DNA from: Patescibacteria group bacterium
Lineage (GTDB): Bacteria; Patescibacteriota; JACPGU01
Assembly (NCBI GenBank): GCA_028718745.1
Contig: JAQULF010000001.1
Span: 31,666 to 95,665, forward strand
DNA length: 64,000 nt
Reading direction: 5' to 3'
Below the pieces are notes generated by a model that was not told the DNA's origin, searched no databases, and saw only the letters and a list, made by a program, of their open reading frames with translations. The translations under genes and the position numbers were made by a program. This document shows positions 1 through 9,449 of this stretch, in pieces. Within the stretch, counting starts at the first letter, position 1. Every line of letters begins with the position of its first letter.

Positions 1-5
1 GTGGC

Positions 6-1280
6 ATGACTTCGCACGCGGCAGTAGTGGCTCGTGGAATGGGCAAATGTTGTGTTTCCGGCTGCGGCGATTTGAAGATTAATGAAGAAGAAAAATATTT
101 CCAAGATGCGGAAGGCAAGAAATATAAAGAAGGGGATTTCATCTCATTAGATGGATCTACCGGAAATGTCTATGGCAAAGAAATCGCGACAGTTGAAGCT
201 ATCGTTACCGGTGATTTTGCGACTCTTATGGAATGGGCTGATAAAGCTAGAAAATTAAAAGTCAGAGCTAATGCTGATACGCCAAAAGACGCCAAGAAAG
301 CCCGCGAATTTGGCGCCGAAGGAATCGGACTTTGCCGAACAGAACATATGTTCTTCGCTGAAGATCGCATCAAGGCTGTAAGAGAGATGATTGTGGCTAA
401 AAGTGAAGAGGAAAGACGCAAAGCATTGGATAAATTATTGCCGATGCAAAGAGAAGATTTTGAAGGATTATACAAAGAAATGGCCGGCTTCCCGGTAACT
501 ATCCGTTACTTGGACCCACCATTGCATGAATTTTTGCCTCATGAAGAGGATGATGTCAGATTAATCGCGGCAGAGATAGGTATTTCCTATGATGAACTAC
601 AAGCTAGAATAGATTCTCTGAAAGAATTTAATCCGATGATGGGACACCGCGGCGCGAGATTGGCTGTTACCTATCCTGAAATTGCCGAGATGCAAACTCG
701 CGCAGTGATTGAAGCGGCGATCAATGTTAACAAAGAAGGCATGGATGTCATTCCGGAAATAATGATTCCGTTAATTGGCGATGTCAAAGAGTTGAAATAT
801 GTCAAAGACATCGTAGTTGCTACAGCTGATGAGGTGATTAAGAAGGCAAAAGTGAAATTGGATTACAAAGTCGGCACAATGATTGAAATTCCTCGAGCAG
901 CTTTAACGGCTGACGAAATCGCTAAGGAAGCTGAATTTTTCTCATTCGGAACCAATGACCTAACTCAAATGACCTACGGATTTTCTCGCGATGACGCCGG
1001 CAATTTCTTGGGCGAATACTACGCAAGAAAGATTTTTGAACAAGATCCTTTTGCCAAAGTTGATCAAATCGGAGTTGGCAAACTGATGAAGATGGCTGCC
1101 GAACTCGGCAAATCAGTTCGGAAAGATATCAAGCTTGGAATCTGCGGAGAACACGGCGGCGATCCATCCTCTGTAGAATTCTGCCACCGAATCGGTTTAA
1201 ATTATGTTTCCTGCTCGCCATATCGGGTCCCAATCGCGCGACTAGCCGCAGCCCAAGCAGCAATTAAAGAGAAGAAATAA
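6..1280 (+). CDS. ppdK: Pyruvate phosphate dikinase, C-terminal part (gene starts before the window)
   Basis: Phospho-His motif [47 protein letters not shown]. Confidence 0.97.
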   Translation: MTSHAAVVARGMGKCCVSGCGDLKINEEEKYFQDAEGKKYKEGDFISLDGSTGNVYGKEIATVEAIVTGDFATLMEWADKARKLKVRANADTPKDAKKAREFGAEGIGLCRTEHMFFAEDRIKAVREMIVAKSEEERRKALDKLLPMQREDFEGLYKEMAGFPVTIRYLDPPLHEFLPHEEDDVRLIAAEIGISYDELQARIDSLKEFNPMMGHRGARLAVTYPEIAEMQTRAVIEAAINVNKEGMDVIPEIMIPLIGDVKELKYVKDIVVATADEVIKKAKVKLDYKVGTMIEIPRAALTADEIAKEAEFFSFGTNDLTQMTYGFSRDDAGNFLGEYYARKIFEQDPFAKVDQIGVGKLMKMAAELGKSVRKDIKLGICGEHGGDPSSVEFCHRIGLNYVSCSPYRVPIARLAAAQAAIKEKK

Positions 1281-1295
1281 ATTGAAGTGTTATTT

Positions 1296-1323
1296 AAAAA
1301 ACCCGGCTTTCGCCGGGTTTTTT
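1296..1323 (+). terminator. Intrinsic terminator, probably bidirectional
   Basis: AAAAAA-CCCGGC-TTTC-GCCGGG-TTTTTT just after the ppdK stop. Confidence 0.85.
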
Positions 1324-1400
1324 ATTTGACAAAACCGCTTCAATGAGCTAAAATTAAAGGAAAAAAGGGAGAAAGGGTAAAATCCCAAAAGGAGACTGTC

Positions 1401-1703
1401 GTGACAAAAGAAGAATTTGTCGAACTACACGGAGAAGAGGCATGGGGAAAATTCGTTGAACCTTTACAAAAAGACAGAAAGCTTGGGATAAACGCTATCA
1501 AAATCGCGGACGGGATCATCTCCTCGATACTCTGCGATGCCGCCAAAGCGGGGGTGTACCGAATGCAAAGTCCGGAGCAGTTCTCTCTGATTGAGTTTGA
1601 GGAAAAACTTGACCGTCATTACCCCATTTTACAGTCTACCGCGCTTAAATGCGCCTTTCGAAACATCATCGAATCACGGGTGTCCATCATCATCCTGTCG
1701 TAA
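1401..1703 (+). CDS. Hypothetical protein
   Basis: AAGGAG SD before GTG; TTGACA..TAAAAT promoter from 1326; no recognised motif. Confidence 0.6.
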   Translation: MTKEEFVELHGEEAWGKFVEPLQKDRKLGINAIKIADGIISSILCDAAKAGVYRMQSPEQFSLIEFEEKLDRHYPILQSTALKCAFRNIIESRVSIIILS

Positions 1704-1738
1704 TCACAACGACAACAACAGAAAGAAGGTGACAAAAT

Positions 1739-2020
1739 ATGTTTCAAGAACTCGCCATGAAATTCGGACCACTCACTGTTGTTGCCGACCTGATTTTTCT
1801 CGCCGCATTCATCATATCCGGTGCGATTCTGGCAAGCCATTACCTTTTCGAGGGATTGGTTTCCGCGTTAGCCGGCGAAGACGAAGATGATCTTTGCCAA
1901 TGCGACATAGTGAAAAAACACCTGCCTTGGGTGTTCCGCCTTTCGACTCTGGGATTCATAATTCTCACCCTCATAATGGCATATCCCCAGTATTTCATCT
2001 ACCCCTTCGTACCCCGCTAA
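1739..2020 (+). CDS. Hypothetical 2-TM membrane protein
   Basis: AAGGTG SD-like site; two hydrophobic segments. Confidence 0.6.
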   Translation: MFQELAMKFGPLTVVADLIFLAAFIISGAILASHYLFEGLVSALAGEDEDDLCQCDIVKKHLPWVFRLSTLGFIILTLIMAYPQYFIYPFVPR

Positions 2021-2103
2021 CACCCCGCATTACCGCTTCCCGACGATAGCAAGTACTCTTGGTGCTATCGTTATACCGCCTAGCCAGCGGTTTTTTATTT
2101 GTC

Positions 2104-2186
2104 TGAACCACTGATTACACTGACATCACTGATAACACTGAAAGTTCAGTGTATTCATGTGTGGTCATGTGATTTTCAGTGGTTCA
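2104..2186. repeat. Inverted array of ~9-bp CACTGA units
   Basis: TGAACCACTGA ... TCAGTGGTTCA terminal inverted repeat; CACTGA recurs on the left arm and degenerate complements on the right. Confidence 0.8.
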
Positions 2187-2189
2187 AAA

Positions 2190-4013
2190 TTATTTTTTCA
2201 TCAGATCCAAAAACACGTTCGACGGCACATTCACTCTCCCCAATGCCTTCATCTTTTTTTTGCCTTCTTTTTGCTTATTAATCAATTTATCTTTGCGAGT
2301 TCGATCACCTCCATAAAGGTATCCGGCGACATCTTTTTTCATCGCCGACATATTTTCGCGAGCCAATATCCGTGAGCCGATCGCCGCTTGAATAGAAACC
2401 TCAAACATCTGCCTTGGAATTAATTTTTTCAATTTGCTCACTATTTCATTGCCGGCTTTTTGCGCCTCATCCTTATCGACAATTTGGCTCAATGACTCAA
2501 TTTTATCTCCCGCCAAAAGCACATCCATTTTAGCCAAATTTCCTTCTCTTAGCCCTATATGCTCATAATTAAGCGACGCATAACCGGACGAAACCGATTT
2601 GAGATCATCATAAAAATCCTTGATCATTACAGCTAGCGGAACTTCATAAATAATCAAAGCCTTGCTCTCGTCAATATATTTTACTTCACGATAAATCCCG
2701 CGATACCTTCCTAGCATATCCAGAACTGATCCGACGAATGTCTTGGGCAATAATATCTCGGTAGTAACCCAAGGTTCGGAAATTGACTTGGTTCTTTCCA
2801 GCCCCGGAAATTCAGCCGGATTACTTGTCGCAATCTTCTCGCCATTAGTCAGCTCTATTTCATAACCAACAGTCGGATGAGTAATAATTAATTCCAAGTT
2901 AAATTCGCGCTCTAATCTTTCTTTGATAATATCAAGATGTAGCATGCCGAGAAACCCAACGCGAAAACCCAATCCCAAAACAGGGGAGTTTTCACCGGTA
3001 AATTCCAGCGCTGCATCATTCATTTTTAGTTTTGATAATCCTTCACGAAGCTTGTTTAAATCATTGCTGTCAGCCGGATAAATTCCCGCGAATACGGTTG
3101 GTTTTACTTTTTTATAACCCGGTAGGGGACTGATGTCTTCCTTAAATTTTTCAAGAGTAATCGTATCGCCCACTCCAACTAAAGAAATATCTTTGAGCGA
3201 AGTTACAATATAACCGATCTCACCAGCTAAAAGTTTCCCCGATTCCAGCATCCCCGGTTTGAAATAGCCAATCTCAAGCGCTTCTGCTCCCTTTTTTGCT
3301 GATACTAAAAATATTTTTTCGCCGCTTTTTACTTCTCCATCAAAAACGCGAACAAAGGCGATAACTCCGCGGTAAGAATCGTATTTTGAATCAAAAACCA
3401 AAGCGCGCAGTTTATCTGGTTTATCTGCCCGGACAACCCGGACATCCAATGTCGGGGAATTCCCCGACATTGGATGTCCGGGCGCTGGAATTCGCTCAAC
3501 TATCGCTTCCAAAACTTTTTCAACACCTTCGCCTGTCTTGGCCGAAACATAAATCATTTCTTCTTTTTTGAAACCGAAAGTGTTAATTAATTCTCCTGCT
3601 ACTTTTTCTCGATCAGCCGCCGGTAGATCGATTTTATTTATAATCGGGATTAAAGTTAATCCCTGCTCTTGCGCTTGATAGGCATTCGCCAGTGTCTGCG
3701 CTTGAATCCCCTGCGTCGCATCAACGATTAATAACGCCCCCTCAACCGCAGCCAGCGAGCGACTAACTTCATAAGCAAAATCTACATGACCGGGAGTATC
3801 AATCAAATTCAAAATATATTCCTTATAATTCATCCGTGCCGGCTGCAGTTTAATCGTTATGCCGCGTTCGCGTTCCAAATCCATCGTGTCAAGAAGCTGG
3901 TCTTTCATTTCTCTTTTGCTAACCGTTCCGGTCAACTCCAAAAGCCGATCCGCGAGAGTGCTTTTCCCGTGATCAATGTGTGCAATTATACAAAAGTTGC
4001 GTATATTTTTCAT
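2190..4013 (-). CDS. lepA: Elongation factor 4 (LepA) with an internal palindromic insertion
   Basis: MKNIRNFCIIAHIDHGKSTLADRL, DTPGH, NKID, C-terminal KQKEGKKKMK; ATG at 4013. Confidence 0.98.
   Translation of the reverse strand: MKNIRNFCIIAHIDHGKSTLADRLLELTGTVSKREMKDQLLDTMDLERERGITIKLQPARMNYKEYILNLIDTPGHVDFAYEVSRSLAAVEGALLIVDATQGIQAQTLANAYQAQEQGLTLIPIINKIDLPAADREKVAGELINTFGFKKEEMIYVSAKTGEGVEKVLEAIVERIPAPGHPMSGNSPTLDVRVVRADKPDKLRALVFDSKYDSYRGVIAFVRVFDGEVKSGEKIFLVSAKKGAEALEIGYFKPGMLESGKLLAGEIGYIVTSLKDISLVGVGDTITLEKFKEDISPLPGYKKVKPTVFAGIYPADSNDLNKLREGLSKLKMNDAALEFTGENSPVLGLGFRVGFLGMLHLDIIKERLEREFNLELIITHPTVGYEIELTNGEKIATSNPAEFPGLERTKSISEPWVTTEILLPKTFVGSVLDMLGRYRGIYREVKYIDESKALIIYEVPLAVMIKDFYDDLKSVSSGYASLNYEHIGLREGNLAKMDVLLAGDKIESLSQIVDKDEAQKAGNEIVSKLKKLIPRQMFEVSIQAAIGSRILARENMSAMKKDVAGYLYGGDRTRKDKLINKQKEGKKKMKALGRVNVPSNVFLDLMKK
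3437..3482. repeat. Perfect 46-bp palindrome in-frame in lepA
   Basis: CCCGGACATCCAATGTCGGGGAA|TTCCCCGACATTGGATGTCCGGG is its own reverse complement. Confidence 0.95.
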
Positions 4014-4017
4014 AAGT

Positions 4018-4134
4018 TTAGTGATCAATGCCTGCCCCTCGAAGTTCGCATTGGCAATAACAGAATGTAATTCGTTTTGCCAGTAAGAACGAAGTGGGGT
4101 GAGCTATAATACAAAAATTTCGAATGTTTTTCAT
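4018..4134 (-). pseudogene. Duplicated lepA 5' fragment interrupted by a 69-bp hairpin insert
   Basis: Reads MKNIRNFCIIAH-[23 extra codons]-IDH-stop; codons are synonymous variants of the real lepA start. Confidence 0.9.
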
Positions 4135-4135
4135 T

Positions 4136-4402
4136 TTAACCGGTTCCCAAATAATTATGTGTTCCCGCATATCTTATGTAAAAAGTATCATTTTCTATAT
4201 AAAAAAATATCCGATAATCTTTATCTATTAATATCTCTTTATAAATTTTGTAATCCCCTCGCAATGATTTTATATCAAAAGGAAAATCCTCCAAACTATC
4301 ACTTTCTAAAACAAAAGAAACCAATATCTCGGCTTTCTTTTTTATCTTTGGAGAGGACTTGGAAAGTTGTTTTTGGGCATCTCTATGAATTTCTATTCTC
4401 AT
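4136..4402 (-). CDS. RelE/ParE-superfamily toxin
   Basis: 88 aa, IKSLRGD..DYRIFF..IRYAGTH; overlaps the antitoxin stop. Confidence 0.8.
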   Translation of the reverse strand: MRIEIHRDAQKQLSKSSPKIKKKAEILVSFVLESDSLEDFPFDIKSLRGDYKIYKEILIDKDYRIFFYIENDTFYIRYAGTHNYLGTG

Positions 4403-4641
4403 TTAGAACCGATTAGCTTTCTAAAATGATTAATGTCTTTTATCTCGGTATATTCCTCTTTATTATCATTCTTTAATAATCTCAATTCCATTTTTGCATC
4501 TTTATCTTTTACAATTTGATTCAGATTCAATTCTATAAATTGAGTCAATGAAATACCAAGATCATCCAAAACCTTAGTGGCCATCTCTTTTAAGAGAGGA
4601 TTGATTCTCGCGTGAATATTGCTTGTTTTTGTTGTACTCAT
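4399..4641 (-). CDS. RelB/DinJ-type antitoxin
   Basis: MSTTKTSNIHARINPLLKEMATKVLDDLGISLTQFI ribbon-helix-helix pattern; start taken at ATG 4641. Confidence 0.85.
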   Translation of the reverse strand: MSTTKTSNIHARINPLLKEMATKVLDDLGISLTQFIELNLNQIVKDKDAKMELRLLKNDNKEEYTEIKDINHFRKLIGSK

Positions 4642-4751
4642 ATTTTTTACTTTATTAATATTATATCCATTATACATCATTGCAGCACAATTGCAACACA
4701 AAAAAAGCAGTTTTATGCACCCGCTTTATACTTAATACATCATACTTAATA

Positions 4752-6332
4752 CTACCTTAGAACTTTCCTAAATATCCCCGTCACCCCATCGAGAAGTTTC
4801 TGGGCTTCGGGAACTTTGAATATCGTAGAGAGAACGAGATAAATAAAGCAACCTACAAAACCGGCAATACAAGTTTGGCCAAGCAGACCGATTGTAGATA
4901 ATGTATTAAAATAATTCGCCGCGTAATACAGAGTGAAATAGGAAAAAACACCGGCAGAAATACTGAAAATCAGATATTTTCCTGAAGTCAAAAAGATCGC
5001 GTTCATATCAATCTTCTTGAATCTTTCTTTAAGTAAAACCAGCAGGAAGAAAAGATTTACAAAAGAGGCGATGACTCCGGCTAGAGCCAAGCCAACAACA
5101 TGAAATGGGATCACTTTTGTAAAAACAATGCTGCCGATAGCATTGACGATAAATGCGACCACAACTACTTTGACCGGGGTCTTCGTATCTCCGGTGGCGT
5201 AAAAAGCGCGCGCCAAAAATGGGACTAGTCCTTGCGCAACAAGCCCCAAAGCAAGATAGCCGAAAGTACGAGCCGTCCAGATAGTATTACTGACATCAAA
5301 AAGTCCGGCGCCTAAAATCAAACGAACGATATGGGCGCGAAAAACCAGCATCAAAACCATCGCCGGCATTAATAAATACAACATCATTTTAAATGTTTCG
5401 GTAAAATTCAGCACAAAAACATCATCTTTTTTCTGAGCGTGAGCGTACGAGAGAATTGGAAAAACTGACACCGCAAAAGATATTCCAATTAATCCCACCG
5501 GCAAACTAACCAGATTGGTTGCCAGATTTATAATGGCAATACTGCCATTTTCCAGTGTGGAACCGATAAGATTATCTACCAATAAATTAATTTGAACTAG
5601 GGCTAAACCAATCGTTACCGGCACCATCAGCCTCATTATTTTTACAAAATGCTCGTCCTTCCAATCAAAAACTTTTTGAAAGCGAAAGCCGACTTTGAAA
5701 AATGTGGGGACTTGCACCATCATGTGCGCGAAAGCTCCAATAACTACTCCCCAAGCCAATCCGGCCGTTCCTAAAACCGGAACAAGATATAGCGCGCCGA
5801 GAATTATTCCGATGTTGTAAAGAATGGGAGCTAGCGAATAAACGAAAAATTTTCCGAAACTATTAAGCACACCTCCGATAACAGATGAGATCGAGAAGAA
5901 AAGCGGCGAAAGCAGCATGATGCGGGTTAGAAGCGTTACTTCTTCCAATTGAACGGTATTAAATCCGGGAGTAGCGATTTTCATTATCCATGGACAGAAA
6001 ATAAAAATAACCAGCATAGCAGCAATTAAAACCACCAAGATAATATTGAGAAAGTTGCTAACCATTCTCCAGGCTTTTTTCTCATTTTTGAAAATAAGAT
6101 CGGAAAAAACCGGAATGAAAGCTGAAGACAAAGCGCCTAAAATTAACAAATTGAAAATCAAATCCGGAATTCGAAAGGCCGCGTAATAAGTATCCAGCGT
6201 CGCCCCGGCGCCAAATTCAGAAGCCAAAACACGATCTCGGAAAATACCAAGCAAGCGAGAGGCCAATGACGCCACCGCGATAATAATCGCATTTTGAGAA
6301 ACTAATGAAATTTTATCTAAAATATTTTTCAT
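4752..6332 (-). CDS. murJ: Lipid II flippase MurJ (MviN)
   Basis: SRLLGIFRD, YYAAFRIPD, LSSAFIPVF, RAFYATGDTKTP; polytopic membrane protein. Confidence 0.95.
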   Translation of the reverse strand: MKNILDKISLVSQNAIIIAVASLASRLLGIFRDRVLASEFGAGATLDTYYAAFRIPDLIFNLLILGALSSAFIPVFSDLIFKNEKKAWRMVSNFLNIILVVLIAAMLVIFIFCPWIMKIATPGFNTVQLEEVTLLTRIMLLSPLFFSISSVIGGVLNSFGKFFVYSLAPILYNIGIILGALYLVPVLGTAGLAWGVVIGAFAHMMVQVPTFFKVGFRFQKVFDWKDEHFVKIMRLMVPVTIGLALVQINLLVDNLIGSTLENGSIAIINLATNLVSLPVGLIGISFAVSVFPILSYAHAQKKDDVFVLNFTETFKMMLYLLMPAMVLMLVFRAHIVRLILGAGLFDVSNTIWTARTFGYLALGLVAQGLVPFLARAFYATGDTKTPVKVVVVAFIVNAIGSIVFTKVIPFHVVGLALAGVIASFVNLFFLLVLLKERFKKIDMNAIFLTSGKYLIFSISAGVFSYFTLYYAANYFNTLSTIGLLGQTCIAGFVGCFIYLVLSTIFKVPEAQKLLDGVTGIFRKVLR

Positions 6333-6382
6333 GAGTTACAAATAGTTACAAATTCACACAAATATAATTATAGCAGATTCCC

Positions 6383-6412
6383 TTACTGCTTACTACCTAC
6401 TACTTACTACTT
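6383..6412. repeat. Degenerate TACTTAC heptamer tract (related tracts at ~4729-4753 and ~57250-57285)
   Basis: CTTACTGCTTACTACCTACTACTTACTACT. Confidence 0.65.
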
Positions 6413-6417
6413 AATGC

Positions 6418-8205
6418 CTAGAGCTTCTGTAACTCGTAGAATTTTCGATAAGCCCCGCCTCGTTTTTTGATTAGATCTTTATGCTTGCCTTCTTCAACCA
6501 CTCTCCCCTTATCCAAAACCAAGATTCGATCCGCCTTGCGAACTGTGGAAAGGCGATGCGCGATGATGAATGTTGTTCTTCCTGTCATTAATTCCTCAAG
6601 CGCCGCCACTACTTCTCTTTCACTTTTCGCATCCAGCGCCGAAGTCGGCTCGTCTAGAATTAAAATGCGAGGATCTTTCAAAATCGCTCGAGCAATCGCA
6701 ATTCTTTGTTTTTGTCCTCCGGAAAGTTTTACTCCGCGATCGCCAACCAACTGATTGTACTTGTTTCTGAATTTTTGAATAAAGTCATGCGCAAAAGCTT
6801 TTTTGGAAGCTACTAACATTTCTTTGTCGCTGGCTCCAAAACAACCATATTTGATGTTTGCCTTAACCGTATCATTAAAAAGCAAAATCTCTTGCGGCAC
6901 TATAGCAATTTTTCTTCTCAAAAACTCCAGGTCAATTTTCGAATTTTCCACTCCATCAATATATATTTTCCCTTTTTGCGGCTGGTAATAATTGGAAATA
7001 AGATCGGCCAAGGTGGTTTTACCTACACCCGATTCGCCAACTAGTGCGATGATTTCTCCCGGCTTAACGCTAAAGCTGATATCATTCAAAACATCCTGAT
7101 TCTTTTTTTCATATTTGAAAGATACATTTTCAAATTTTACCGATCCCGCGATATCATTCATTTTTACCGCATCTTTTGGGGTATAATTTTCCGGCTTAAC
7201 ATTGATGATATTTTCCGCTCTTTCAACACTGATCAAAATGTTTTGCATATTCTGCCATTTATTAACCATACTGGAAAATGGCGAGAAAAGCATGGCGATA
7301 TAAGTGTTGTACATCATTAGCTGACCAATGGTAATTTGGCCATTCCAGATCAGAATTATGGAATAGGAAAAAACAAATATCTGTACAGCCAATACCATTC
7401 CGCGATAAAAAAGCTGATTTCTCTGCCAAATCTTAAGGTAGTGCAATAGAAAATTAAGTCCTTTTTCTATAAAGATATTTTTTACTTTCTTTGACTCATA
7501 TTCTTCTGCGACATATTGTTTTACATTTTGAATGTTTATCACCACATCATAACTATGGCCATAAGCCTTGTTATAACCCTTATTCATTTTACGGCGCAAT
7601 CCGGCCAAATCAGGAGTAATTTTGAATAGAAGATAGACATAGATAGCCAAAGCTATCACCACAACTGTCGTCAAAAACCAGCTGACAAAGAACATGAAGA
7701 TAAGCGCGAAAATGACTCCCAAAAATTGAGGGAGGAGATCGGCCACTATACCGCTAAAAACATTGTAGATGTTACCGCTGGCTCTATTTAATTTATCCAT
7801 CACATCCCCAAGTTTGTGGTTTTTTGTAAAAGACAAGGGTAATCTCAAAATAGCCGCCACCCCATCATACATATAAGCTACTTCGGCGCTTTCCGCTAAT
7901 AAACTTACCATGCGATCCAGTCTCCAACTAATCAGATCCGCAATTGCTTTTGCCACCGCCCATAAAACGAGGTAAACAAAAACTGCCTTCAATACATAGC
8001 TAAGAAGGTGAATATCGCTAGGTGTCACTATGCCATCAATAACTTTTCCGGAGAGATAGGGAACTACAGTATTAAAAACAGCCACCAATACACTGGCGAC
8101 CGATATCCCGATCAGTTCTTTTTTGTAGCGAATAAAATGTCTTTTCAAATAGCCGCTTTTGGCAACCATCTGCCGAAATGTCAGCTTATTCTTTTTCTTT
8201 TGCAT
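6418..8205 (-). CDS. ABC exporter, fused permease/ATPase (MsbA/Sav1866-like)
   Basis: N-terminal TM domain; GESGVGKT, LSGGQKQR, ILDEPTSALD, IAHRLST. Confidence 0.93.
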   Translation of the reverse strand: MQKKKNKLTFRQMVAKSGYLKRHFIRYKKELIGISVASVLVAVFNTVVPYLSGKVIDGIVTPSDIHLLSYVLKAVFVYLVLWAVAKAIADLISWRLDRMVSLLAESAEVAYMYDGVAAILRLPLSFTKNHKLGDVMDKLNRASGNIYNVFSGIVADLLPQFLGVIFALIFMFFVSWFLTTVVVIALAIYVYLLFKITPDLAGLRRKMNKGYNKAYGHSYDVVINIQNVKQYVAEEYESKKVKNIFIEKGLNFLLHYLKIWQRNQLFYRGMVLAVQIFVFSYSIILIWNGQITIGQLMMYNTYIAMLFSPFSSMVNKWQNMQNILISVERAENIINVKPENYTPKDAVKMNDIAGSVKFENVSFKYEKKNQDVLNDISFSVKPGEIIALVGESGVGKTTLADLISNYYQPQKGKIYIDGVENSKIDLEFLRRKIAIVPQEILLFNDTVKANIKYGCFGASDKEMLVASKKAFAHDFIQKFRNKYNQLVGDRGVKLSGGQKQRIAIARAILKDPRILILDEPTSALDAKSEREVVAALEELMTGRTTFIIAHRLSTVRKADRILVLDKGRVVEEGKHKDLIKKRGGAYRKFYELQKL

Positions 8206-8328
8206 AAAAAGTTTTCCACTGCGAAGTGGAAATATTTATTTTTGTTTGAAATCATTATAACATATTTTGTAAATAAAAAAACCGGGCAGTACACACCGGT
8301 TTAATTTCGAGACCATATCCCACATTCT

Positions 8329-8646
8329 TTATGGCCTCAATGTTACTGTGGAACCAGCGGGCTTGAACGCCGCCAGCGGGACATACTCAATTTCATATTC
8401 TTCAAGCCTCCACATTATCTTCTCGATCGCATTAAGTTCTGAATTTGTCAGAAAAAACACTCGGATGTAGGGCTTCACACCAGAAGTCGTCCCGACAAGC
8501 TCCATCTTAAATTGATCACGAAGATCTGCCAGATACGGGAACTCGTCCATGACATCGCACATCGCCTTGGTCACAAGATCGCATATCACATTTGCGGCAG
8601 CTAGTTCAGCAGGAAGCAAAAACGAGCAATGGGTCTCAACTCTCAT
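8329..8646 (-). CDS. Hypothetical protein, possible paralog of its upstream neighbour
   Basis: GGAGGTG SD; C-terminus AFKPAGS resembles FFKSAGS of the neighbour. Confidence 0.7.
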   Translation of the reverse strand: MRVETHCSFLLPAELAAANVICDLVTKAMCDVMDEFPYLADLRDQFKMELVGTTSGVKPYIRVFFLTNSELNAIEKIMWRLEEYEIEYVPLAAFKPAGSTVTLRP

Positions 8647-8681
8647 TCATTTCACCTCCCCCCGTTTCTTTTTTTCATACT

Positions 8682-9002
8682 TCACCGGTAAACATGATGA
8701 CGGAAATCTTTTGAGCCAGCGGACTTGAAGAAATCCATGGCAACAATCCCGACATCGTAGTCAACAAGATGCTTCGAAATTACTTTTTGCAACTTCTCAT
8801 TCCACGCGTCGTTCAGCCCATAAATAAATATCTGGGTGGCGGTTTTATTTCCGGAGATTTCAGCCTCCACAATCATGAGAGTAATCTTCTCCCGTATCTT
8901 AAGGGGGAGCTTTTTCTTTACTCTCTCAATCGCTGCCCTGACATCCGCTTTTGTCTTCAAAACATTTCCCTCATCGGGGGTAAACACGACAATGTGCGGC
9001 AA
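8682..9002 (-). CDS. Hypothetical protein, possibly tautomerase-like
   Basis: GAGGAGGTG SD before TTG at 9002 gives an MPHIVVF N-terminus. Confidence 0.65.
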   Translation of the reverse strand: MPHIVVFTPDEGNVLKTKADVRAAIERVKKKLPLKIREKITLMIVEAEISGNKTATQIFIYGLNDAWNEKLQKVISKHLVDYDVGIVAMDFFKSAGSKDFRHHVYR

Positions 9003-9045
9003 CTCTTTCACCTCCTCACTTTCTTTTCGACCGAAGTCGTGGAAT

Positions 9046-9252
9046 TTATGCTTTTTTGTAAAAATCACACATGGTCACGGGACAAGGTCTGGCCATGTTG
9101 AAGGCTTTGTATTTACCCGTTTTCCAGTTGATGGGATAAGGGCAATCGCCGCCTTTCGTTTTTGCCCTTGCGCACGAAAGACATATCGAGATTCTGGTTT
9201 GGTCTGAAGAAAAGGTTATAGTAGGAAGCTTTGATTTCCCTTCCTTTTTCAT
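9046..9252 (-). CDS. Small Cys-rich hypothetical protein
   Basis: GAGGT SD before ATG 9252; CLSC..C..CPVTMC. Confidence 0.55.
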   Translation of the reverse strand: MKKEGKSKLPTITFSSDQTRISICLSCARAKTKGGDCPYPINWKTGKYKAFNMARPCPVTMCDFYKKA

Positions 9253-9309
9253 GTCCGAATACCTCGCACTTTGTATTTTTTGGTTCATTAATTCTTAATG
9301 TCCGATCTT

Positions 9310-9441
9310 GGGTGGGGAAACTCCGCCCCTACAATGCGTTGGCTCCATGCTCCTGCGTGGAGCCAGTTTGTTCATTGATGTATTAAAAAATCCTTTTAAA
9401 TGCTTTATGTACATTAAGGTTCCATGCGGGAGCATGGAACC
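9310..9441. repeat. Cluster of REP-like palindromes
   Basis: GGGTGGGGAAACTCCGCCCCTAC (GTAG-type), GGCTCCATGCTCCTGCGTGGAGCC, GGTTCCATGCGGGAGCATGGAACC. Confidence 0.85.
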
Positions 9442-9449
9442 AACTACAT

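Noticed and set aside
3386-3571. Plus-strand ORF sharing a peptide with LepA
   Set aside because: A by-product of the DNA palindrome; antisense to lepA
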